64,000 bases of DNA from positions 4,384,001-4,448,000 of the forward strand of contig CH464491.1 in NCBI GenBank assembly GCA_000002445.1. Direction: 5' to 3'. The position numbers and the translations under genes are program-made. Of the stretch, positions 57,501 through 64,000 are shown one piece after another. How positions within the stretch are numbered: the stretch's first letter is position 1; every line of letters begins with the position of its first letter. This stretch comes from Trypanosoma brucei. Its lineage: Eukaryota. A model generated the notes under the pieces. That model was not told where the DNA came from. It did no database searches and worked only from the letters and a program-made list of their open reading frames with translations.

Positions 57501-60500
57501 GGTGTTCACGAAGTCTCTCTTCACGCGCGGCCCGCAGTTCCCTCATTTTATTGAGCTCCTTTCTAGAAATATACAAACGCCACGCCTTTTGGATTTTCCG
57601 CGCGGCGGATAAGTAGCGAGCTTCCAGATGCCTTCGCCGGAGTCGAGCCGCCCTCAGCCTCGCCTCCCGTGTCTGCTGCTCTGCCCTTCGTCTCCTCCAC
57701 TGGCTCTGTATGACCGTGGCCGCAACTTCTTGCCGTTCCCTCAGGGCCACCTCGTTTTTAACAAGTTGATGCATTTCTCGCAGTTTCTCCACCCTTCGGG
57801 TTGCCATAACCTTGCGCCACCACGTCTGCAGTCGGAAGGCAGCAGAAGATGCGTTATTCTTCAAGAACTGCCTCCGCGCTAGACGCCGTCGGGCCCGCCA
57901 CTGCCGCGCACAGCACTGGATACGCACAGCGGCCCTGTTTATTTCATTGGCAAGAACGTCACGGTTCTTGTAACGTGCGGTAGAACCCGATCTTATACTC
58001 AGGTGCCTCCTAAAAGTCCTTTGAATCTTACGGGCTGCTATTGACCTTCTTACCCCATCCAGTACACGGTCGCGGGCGCTTTTGGACTTTACTGCCTCGA
58101 ACAACTGTCGAGCCTTGAAAGCACGGTAAGCTCTTTGAATGGTAACCGCACAGCCCGACTTGCGCCACAAATCTTCCTCATCGAACAAAAGCATATCTAA
58201 GCGATCAACAACGTACGTAACAAGATTTGCTCCAGGTGGGAGGCCCTGGATCCTTCTTGACGGCGCATCAACGGACAATGGGGGGACGCCCGGTCCCATA
58301 ACACTGGATTTGGAAATGGGCGACCTGCCTTGTTTATCCTTGGCGGCAGAAAATGGAGAGGCCTTTGGTTGAGGAAATTTCCTTACAGGAGACCCCGTAT
58401 CGTTTGAAGGTGCATTGGGTGATAGTCGCCCGACGGCGCTGTGGGCATCAGCGGCATGCTGACCCCGGCGCGCAGCCCCCTCAACCTCCATGGTAACAGT
58501 ATGGAGTTTCTTCTTAGTTGCGTCGTGAGTGGCAGCGGCCTGATGAGTCGGACGCGAGGATGGTGAAGATTCGCGAGCTGAAGAAGATACCCTCCTGCCA
58601 GTCTTGTTACCTGTACCACCGGCTTGCTGATTGTGCAGAAATGGAGCATCAGGATCCGCAGCAACGGATTGCATTTTCCTTCCCGAACTGTCGCGAGCAG
58701 CAGGCGACTGCGCAACCGGTCGGGTGCGCTCTGCATTGGGGGATAACTTCCTGCCGACAGCGCTGCGGCCCCCAACAGCCTGATGGGTCGGACGCGAGGA
58801 TGGTGAAGATTCGCGAGCTGAAGAAGATACCCTCCTGCCAGTCTTGTTACCTGTACCACCGGCTTGCTGATTGTACAGAAATGGAGCATCAGGATCCGCA
58901 GCAACGGATTGCATTTTCCTTCCCGAACTGTCGCGAGCAGCAGGCGACTGCGCAACCGGTCGGGTGCGCTCTGCATTGGGGGATAACTTCCTGCCGACAG
59001 CACTGCGGCCCCCAACAGCCTGCTGAGTCGGACGCGAGGGCGCTGACGGCTCCACAGCAGCAGACTGCGTCCTTCCTTTGGGACTGTTACGTTGACCTGG
59101 GGTCCTCTGATTCGAGCCGGTTGCTCCCACACTTACCGGCGAAGACTGAGCATTCGGTTGTGAGAGGGAGATGTTTGACCTCATCGAACCCTTCATTGGT
59201 GGTCTACATTCAGATCGACTGGCACCACTCTTCGCATTGGACTTTGTGTGCACCGACTCATTGTCGGCAAAACCTGCACCTTTCCCTTGGGACCCGACAT
59301 CACCAGGTCGTGCCGTAGCTTCCCGTTTATATGGCATTCTCGTAGCGGCGACGGGAGACCTTGTAGCCACTGAGAGCGCAACGCCACCTTTATTTGAAAC
59401 CCTCTCATTGTTTTTGGTCAAAGATTTTGACTGTTCACCCACATTCGCCCCACGGTGGTGCTCGGAGGGGCCACCAGACTCGCGTAACGTAGCCCTCGAG
59501 CCCTGCGAAATGGGTGGAAGACGACTAGCATTCGGCGAAGCTCCACCCGATTTCGTTGAATTACCGCCCTTCAAACCGCTGCCATGGGAAGCAGACCCGC
59601 CATTTGTCTGGCTCTGCCATGCAGCAGGCCTCGACAGTGATGTTTTCGAATTTACCCCGGGTGCTGTTGCCGCCGCTGCTGCGGCACTCGGTGGATGACC
59701 GGCGTCAGCACGGGCCGGACGCGAGATGCTACGCTTCGCAACGGTTTCCTTGGCACTCACCGCGAAAGGGTGAGGAAAGATGTCCACACGATGGGTCCTA
59801 GATGCAGCATCCCGACCACTGGGTGAACGTTCCCTGCTGCAAGACCGCGGACTAACAAACAAGGTGTGTCCGCAGGATGAGCGGGGTGAGTTCGTACCCG
59901 TCAAAGCTGAATTACCCGGTCGACATTCGTGAAGCACCATGACAAACCGCTGCATATTACTTTCGATCGTTCTTGTGACCTCACTCCTCCTACTGATCGT
60001 ATTCTGAGCCAAACCCAGCGCCAACCGATACTCTTCATGAGCACGTGGGGGGTCGATCAACTCCAGAGCCATAGCGAGGTTGTGGTGCGCCACTGCTAGC
60101 AAAGAAGGGTCCTCAGGATTGGGCCCAAGACTTTGTATCGCACACACCGCACTATGCGCGGCTTCTTCACATAACCTCAGTTGCACCTGCACAGCACTAA
60201 TGTTTAGGAACGCTACGGGGGATTGTTGCCCCGTGCATTGCATCGATTGCTGCATGTAGTCCAGGGCAGTAGTAAAATGCCCCCGGTGGCGCTCCATGCA
60301 ACCGTGGTTGTTCAGGGTCACGCCGCGCAGTAGTCGGCGGCGCTCATCGTCTTTGCGCAAGGGAAAGGAACCCTCTCCTGTCATCTCCATGGCGTAGCCA
60401 AAGAGAGGTGTAGCAACGTCATATTTTCCTTCCTTGAACAATTTTACACCGAGAACATTGCACTTCATCACAACACGCTCCGCAGCGTCACATGCCTCCT

Positions 60501-60720
60501 TTAGGAGCTCAGGGGATGACGACCCCGTTCCATACTCCTTGCAGCGTATCTGGAGCGCAGTCTCCATCAGTTGCAAGCATTCCATGTCGTTGCCTCCAGC
60601 CTCAAGCGTGGATGCACGGTACTCCATCTTCCGCGCATCCTGCAGAGTCTCCTTCCCAGTAAGACCCGAAGAGGGGTGATGCGGGCCATCTTTGCGTGCA
60701 CTAGACGCTGCGATGGACAT
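54541..60720 (-). CDS. Giant modular protein (2059 aa): N-terminal TPR-like helical domain, Ser/Pro/Ala-rich disordered region with 80-aa x2 repeat, about ten IQ calmodulin-binding motifs, and C-terminal 33-aa x5 near-identical tandem repeats
   Basis: IQ motifs read directly: IQRAYRAFKARQ, IQRTFRRH, IQCCARQWRARRR, IQSQWRRRRAEQ, IQKAWRLYISRK, LQAFGRRIIVAR, IQRAYRLYRSKS, MQRIGRAYFVRL, LARGYLARLHYR, VQRAFRSYKARR. TPR-like N-terminus (AAHSAVCAIQSLGPNPEDPSLLAVAHHNLAMALELID...). Repeats are confirmed at the DNA level. Confidence 0.85.
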   Translation of the reverse strand: MSIAASSARKDGPHHPSSGLTGKETLQDARKMEYRASTLEAGGNDMECLQLMETALQIRCKEYGTGSSSPELLKEACDAAERVVMKCNVLGVKLFKEGKYDVATPLFGYAMEMTGEGSFPLRKDDERRRLLRGVTLNNHGCMERHRGHFTTALDYMQQSMQCTGQQSPVAFLNISAVQVQLRLCEEAAHSAVCAIQSLGPNPEDPSLLAVAHHNLAMALELIDPPRAHEEYRLALGLAQNTISRRSEVTRTIESNMQRFVMVLHECRPGNSALTGTNSPRSSCGHTLFVSPRSCSRERSPSGRDAASRTHRVDIFPHPFAVSAKETVAKRSISRPARADAGHPPSAAAAAATAPGVNSKTSLSRPAAWQSQTNGGSASHGSGLKGGNSTKSGGASPNASRLPPISQGSRATLRESGGPSEHHRGANVGEQSKSLTKNNERVSNKGGVALSVATRSPVAATRMPYKREATARPGDVGSQGKGAGFADNESVHTKSNAKSGASRSECRPPMKGSMRSNISLSQPNAQSSPVSVGATGSNQRTPGQRNSPKGRTQSAAVEPSAPSRPTQQAVGGRSAVGRKLSPNAERTRPVAQSPAARDSSGRKMQSVAADPDAPFLYNQQAGGTGNKTGRRVSSSARESSPSSRPTHQAVGGRSAVGRKLSPNAERTRPVAQSPAARDSSGRKMQSVAADPDAPFLHNQQAGGTGNKTGRRVSSSARESSPSSRPTHQAAATHDATKKKLHTVTMEVEGAARRGQHAADAHSAVGRLSPNAPSNDTGSPVRKFPQPKASPFSAAKDKQGRSPISKSSVMGPGVPPLSVDAPSRRIQGLPPGANLVTYVVDRLDMLLFDEEDLWRKSGCAVTIQRAYRAFKARQLFEAVKSKSARDRVLDGVRRSIAARKIQRTFRRHLSIRSGSTARYKNRDVLANEINRAAVRIQCCARQWRARRRLARRQFLKNNASSAAFRLQTWWRKVMATRRVEKLREMHQLVKNEVALRERQEVAATVIQSQWRRRRAEQQTREARLRAARLRRRHLEARYLSAARKIQKAWRLYISRKELNKMRELRAAREERLREHQRRCDAAKKLQAFGRRIIVARNAGPLLDVARENAARRIRGHCLQSRAASKIQRAYRLYRSKSLLKRMKKERRRQLLDSRLSAFAFTMQRIGRAYFVRLSLGRSLYQMAVEVQEFVRRERDLEEANRSSTVVSGHHRVHEPSSVRGGLEGVPFMRRSLPDGCTNDRHHSALSPTPLDVMPKVKGSLTSHRSVCQLLPSPAEDSRLPKPLANGAGRLLPLAGDEQIERLPGVGGLGSASGAVQEEPAISCQQVPEKPTPRAEGVKLELTMPCSPGDVGVVPELQHLATPIIPEERVGLSLIKEHAMYSEPGERPALYLEGVEPSATELNLDINEPVGEFARPDNGGHSAEEIVKPLGHEGIDRSFDVVGECEVVGHQEKSALGAALAEEREKWRQVRKDEIKFYNDCCNSRLEANEYRLRKIAEAETAEEVLTLLPRPPLMRQRPVAPRRTYSKSAESSSNLQSQHRSQDEEANNLRDQAALAITRLARGYLARLHYRVLRELFADYVNCRIGVDRSESPDLEYKELQKCSRLVMDGTDQFRRLRRVNVVLSFLRAKVSMMHVSCRMPPRTPRQFAERPQPECVSNVGDALEVLKGFMRIIQSKKEVASRRAAATINRRNEEPLEALEVLNGLALIFRAKQERRARKDAIEARMAQQEGMCSVLEKPSSTIESFLLCAVARRELQRRRSLVEERRRLSAACEKILPFMQMHLARREVERRKALVEERRRHSAACEKILPLMQMHLARCEVERRRSLVEERRRHSAACEKILPSMQMHLARCEVERRRSLVEERRRHSAACEKILPFMRMYLARREVERRKALVEERRRLSAACEKILPFMRMYLARREVERRKALVEEKRVTDSDAECLLDEAAMKVQRAFRSYKARRSVKERLVAKERYWGSIQAHDEEIAAAVAAIVSDSPEGADLWASLGHYYYQVTTQKVGSVGDSASIADQYVVVMQQHMRGLASWKLVQALRSEQRPPRGAL
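54931..55462. repeat. 99-bp tandem repeat, ~5.3 near-identical units, in-frame coding (33-aa units ...RRRHSAACEKILPxMQMHLARxEVERRxxLVEE...)
   Basis: Unit ctcctccacgagtgccttcctcctctcaacctcacgcctggctaaatacatccgcatgaaaggcagtatcttttcgcatgcagcactgagtctgcgcct repeated with few substitutions. Also produces the spurious + strand ORF 54989..55771. Confidence 0.9.
58540..59045. repeat. 240-bp tandem repeat, ~2.1 units, in-frame coding (80-aa Ser/Pro/Arg-rich units)
   Basis: tgatgagtcggacgcgaggatggtgaagattcgcgagctgaagaag... recurs at 58551, 58791 and (partial) 59021. Produces the spurious + ORF 58518..59318. Confidence 0.9.
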
Positions 60721-61083
60721 CAGTTCGTGGGATCACTAACCTGCTTGACCTTCAACCACTAGACAGCTCCGTACAAACAGCTACCCCTCCCCGTCCAACC
60801 GCCCAGACGCTTCTACACCCTTCACTCCGTTTATTCTATTACGTCGGGTCCTTCTCGATTGGAGTGACTTCCTCTGGAGACCTAATACCACCGAGTACAA
60901 ACGATGAGATATTCTGCGAAATGCAACACACACACACACACACACGCACACACTTTCCTGAGCGTCACCCACACCTGCAACTATAAATACAAAGGCGGTA
61001 CCTCACAGGATATTCTTTCTCTAGTCCTCCCCTTGTTAAGAAGAAAAGAGCTTTGACACAGAGAAGCGGGAGAGGTGAAAAGG
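59690..61083. repeat. Copy A of a ~1.4-kb direct segmental duplication (first 343 codons plus 363-bp 5' flank of the IQ/TPR gene)
   Basis: Aligned by eye to 62135-63541. About 6-8 point differences plus a (CA)n length difference. Confidence 0.9.
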
Positions 61084-62101
61084 GGGAAATGCGCGTCAAC
61101 AACAGATGAACCGTCAATCGAGCTGCGTAGAGAAACATTTGGGTAAAAGAGAAATAGGAAAGCAACCAACTCATGGAGCACCACAAAGATATATACATGT
61201 ACATGTCACAAAGTAGTACATACGCACCCACCGGTCCGCGGGGGGATAGAAAATGAAGCAAAAAGAAAAACATACACTGAGAGGGAAGCCCGACACAATC
61301 GAAAACATTCAGGAGGACTAGCTGAGGTCACTATGAGTATCACCACAGTGTCCCTCTACCCCTTATAGGGAAACAATGCCATATTGCATACTGGCAACAA
61401 AAAAAAAATAACATGTGCAAGTACCTCACCGGGTGTGCAACGTGTGGAGCGCAAGTGCTGACGCGTACTATGGTAAGAAGCACACAAGGCCTGGGCTACG
61501 GATGGAAGTTACCGCACAAGGCTCACTCGCATGCGCCAATGCAAGGGACAAACAGCGGCCAACACACCAACGCTACGTGCACCTCCTGCTCAGAGAGATC
61601 TAAGAAGTTTCCTTCTGTCTTCACTTGCAGCTGCCTCCTACATCCGGACAGAAGATTACGTCCTACGAATGCAGTGTAAGGTGCCAGCCCCGTCCGCAAC
61701 TTTAGCCGGGTACAAATACATTGGTCTAAGTTATGAAATTCAAACATTCGTAATCTGTTCAAGTCCCCCTTCATGAGAAAACACACACGAGCAGTAAACA
61801 TTTAAAAAAAATTATGAAGCTCACACTCCCCGTGTACCGCTCCTTCCGACAAAAAAACTATTATCGGCTCCACTTGTAGCGCACATGTAAGTGAACGTGA
61901 TGGATGTAACGATGAGTACAACAAATTTAGGTCCACTTACCGCAGCTCAAAAAACAGTGGCAGCAATTTATAGACGAAACATGGAGAATATAAGCAAAGG
62001 TGTCGCCATCATTTGAACTCCATAACCGTGCCAAATACAGCATAAATGATAGCTTCGTCAGTTAGTTTCTACCTCGTGGAGCCCTGTGAGGTTTAAACGC
62101 A

Positions 62102-63166
62102 CTAATTCATTGGTGATAACGACGTTAAACGCTTTGGTGGATGGCCGGCGTCAGCACGGGCCGGACGCGAGATGCTACGCTTCGCAACGGTTTCCTTGGC
62201 ACTCACCGCGAAAGGGTGAGGAAAGATGTCCACACGATGGGTCCTAGATGCAGCATCCCGACCACTGGGTAAACGTTCCCTGCTGCAAGACCGCGGACTA
62301 ACAAACAAGGTGTGTCCGCAGGATGAGCGGGGTGAGTTCGTACCCGTCAAAGCTGAATTACCCGGTCGACATTCGTGAAGCACCATGACAAACCGCTGCA
62401 TATTACTTTCGATCGTTCTTGTGACCTCACTCCTCCTACTGATCGTATTCTGAGCCAAACCCAGCGCCAACCGATACTCTTCATGAGCACGTGGGGGGTC
62501 GATCAACTCCAGAGCCATAGCGAGGTTGTGGTGCGCCACTGCTAGCAAAGAAGGGTCCTCAGGATTGGGCCCAAGACTTTGTATCGCACACACCGCACTA
62601 TGCGCGGCTTCTTCACATAACCTCAGTTGCACCTGCACAGCACTAATGTTTAGGAACGCTACGGGGGATTGTTGCCCCGTGCATTGCATCGATTGCTGCA
62701 TGTAGTCCAGGGCAGTACTAAAATGCCCCCGGTGGCGCTCCATGCAACCGTGGTTGTTCAGGGTCACACCGCGCAGTCGTCGGCGGCGCTCATCGTCTTT
62801 GCGCAAGGGAAAGGAACCCTCTCCTGTCATCTCCATGGCGTAGCCAAAGAGAGGTGTAGCAACGTCATACTTTCCTTCCTTGAACAATTTTACACCGAGA
62901 ACATTGCACTTCATCACAACACGCTCCGCAGCGTCACATGCCTCCTTTAGGAGCTCAGGGGATGACGACCCCGTTCCATACTCCTTGCAGCGTATCTGGA
63001 GCGCAGTCTCCATCAGTTGCAAGCATTCCATGTCGTTGCCTCCAGCCTCAAGCGTGGATGCACGGTACTCCATCTTCCGCGCATCCTGCAGAGTCTCCTT
63101 CCCAGTAAGACCCGAAGAGGGGTGATGCGGGCCATCTTTGCGTGCACTAGACGCTGCGATGGACAT
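62102..63166 (-). CDS. Truncated paralog (354 aa) of the N-terminal TPR-like region of the 2059-aa IQ protein, produced by a 1.4-kb direct duplication; may be an expressed short isoform or a pseudogene-like fragment
   Basis: First 343 codons are about 99% identical to the 5' end of 54541..60720 (differences: RRRLL vs RRRRL, HFTT vs HFST, RERSPS vs RERLPS). Identical 363-bp 5' flank. The frame leaves the duplicated segment at about 62135 and ends ...HPPKRLTSLSPMN. Confidence 0.5.
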   Translation of the reverse strand: MSIAASSARKDGPHHPSSGLTGKETLQDARKMEYRASTLEAGGNDMECLQLMETALQIRCKEYGTGSSSPELLKEACDAAERVVMKCNVLGVKLFKEGKYDVATPLFGYAMEMTGEGSFPLRKDDERRRRLRGVTLNNHGCMERHRGHFSTALDYMQQSMQCTGQQSPVAFLNISAVQVQLRLCEEAAHSAVCAIQSLGPNPEDPSLLAVAHHNLAMALELIDPPRAHEEYRLALGLAQNTISRRSEVTRTIESNMQRFVMVLHECRPGNSALTGTNSPRSSCGHTLFVSPRSCSRERLPSGRDAASRTHRVDIFPHPFAVSAKETVAKRSISRPARADAGHPPKRLTSLSPMN

Positions 63167-63371
63167 CAGTTCGTGGGATCACTAACCTGCTTGACCTTCA
63201 ACCACTAGACAGCTCCGTACAAACAGCTACCCCTCCCCGTCCAACCGCCCAGACGCTTCTACACCCTTCACTCCGTTTATTCTATTACGTCGGGTCCTTC
63301 TCGATTGGAGTGACTTCCTCTGGGGACCTAATACCACCGAGTACAAACGATGAGATATTCTGCGAAATGCA

Positions 63372-63406
<35 letters not shown>

Positions 63407-63541
63407 CTTTCCTGAGCGTCACCCACACCTGCAACTACAAATACAAAGGCGGTACCTCACAGGATATTCTCTCTCTAGTCCTCCCCTTGTTAAGAAGAAA
63501 AGAGCTTTGACACAGAGAAGCGGGAGAGGTGAAAAGGAGGG
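62135..63541. repeat. Copy B of the ~1.4-kb direct segmental duplication, separated from copy A by 1.05 kb of unique sequence (61084-62134)
   Basis: Same as copy A. Left boundary (copy A 59690, copy B 62135): homology stops within ~5 nt of the shared ggtgga, and the by-eye alignment differs at two positions in that stretch. Right boundary: shared ...gagaggtgaaaagg, after which A continues gggaaatgcgc and B continues aggggttaagc. Confidence 0.9.
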
Positions 63542-63666
63542 GTTAAGCAAACATTCATAAAGTCGCATATTCAATTTAAATGCATCACAACAGAAGCTCC
63601 TTCCTTCCAGCACTTTTCGCTTAAAACTCAAACAGTGAGTATGGTTGCGTTTCGCATCTGCCCTGC

Positions 63667-64000
63667 TCACACCTTTGGCCCCACACCCAACATGCACTCT
63701 TTTCCTTCTCGCTTTTGTGCCACCAAATGTCGTTTGGTGCTGAGAACCCGCACCACCACGTGCCTCCCAGGCAGGACAGTGTCCCTTTTAAGCACAGACA
63801 CTTCTCCCCCCTCCACCAAATATTTGGTATCCACTGCTTCAAACCGCACCAACTTGCCGTCCAACAGGTTCGACCGTAGCAATGCATCAAAAACCTCCCC
63901 CGCACAGGTTCCTCCCTTGAATGGAAAACAGTGGGGAAACGAATTTAGTGGGCGCTCGATCGCATCAACTGGATACACTAAGTGACCGGGGCACAGAGAG
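63667..64000 (-). CDS. Possible 3' end of a further minus-strand gene running off the right edge of the window (C-terminal ~110 codons)
   Basis: Minus ORF 63667..63978 (…KGGTCAGEVFDALLRSNLLDGKLVRFEAVDTKYLVEGGEVSVLKRDTVLPGRHVVVRVLSTKRH…) has complex composition and is open to the window edge. No identity assigned. Confidence 0.3.
   Translation of the reverse strand, partial: SLCPGHLVYPVDAIERPLNSFPHCFPFKGGTCAGEVFDALLRSNLLDGKLVRFEAVDTKYLVEGGEVSVLKRDTVLPGRHVVVRVLSTKRHLVAQKREGKECMLGVGPKV

Noticed and set aside
58518-59318. 266-aa + strand ORF with duplicated segment
   Set aside because: Antisense of the 240-bp coding repeat in the giant gene. Same reasoning as above.
61084-62134. Short ORFs (61413..61679 plus; 61523..61801 minus) in the unique spacer between the duplicated copies
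   Set aside because: Mutually overlapping on opposite strands with no recognisable motifs. More likely 3'UTR of the truncated copy than coding sequence.

Overview
This 64 kb window looks like nuclear DNA from a trypanosomatid, and is most consistent with the Trypanosoma brucei group. That placement is an inference from the gene content and order and from the intergenic sequence style (polypyrimidine/purine tracts, (TA)n, (CA)n and (GT)n microsatellites, no introns). The order cyclin, dihydrolipoamide dehydrogenase, DnaJ, TCP-1 alpha, GlcN6P deaminase and so on matches my recollection of T. brucei chromosome 11, and that recollection is unverified. Every convincing coding region (about 20) lies on the minus strand. 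The window is therefore an interior piece of one polycistronic transcription unit, with no strand-switch region. There is no CRISPR array, no tRNA or rRNA that I could recognise, and no prokaryote-style system. Genes identified with reasonable confidence are a B-type mitotic cyclin (CYC6-like), dihydrolipoamide dehydrogenase, a signal-peptide type-I DnaJ, TCP-1 alpha, glucosamine-6-phosphate deaminase, a CDKL-family (TEY-loop) kinase, dynein-2 light intermediate chain, IFT22/RABL5, COG5, an RNI-type LRR protein, and several conserved hypothetical proteins. The most unusual locus is a 2059-aa modular protein at 54541-60720. It has N-terminal TPR-like helices, a Ser/Pro-rich disordered region containing an 80-aa tandem repeat, about ten IQ calmodulin-binding motifs, and a 33-aa x5 near-identical tandem array. 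Its 5' flank and first 343 codons are directly duplicated 2.45 kb further along the + strand (upstream in the transcription direction). That yields a truncated 354-aa TPR-only paralog. Three intergenic intervals of about 4.5 kb are abnormally long for this genome type, and one of them contains a candidate small membrane-protein ORF.
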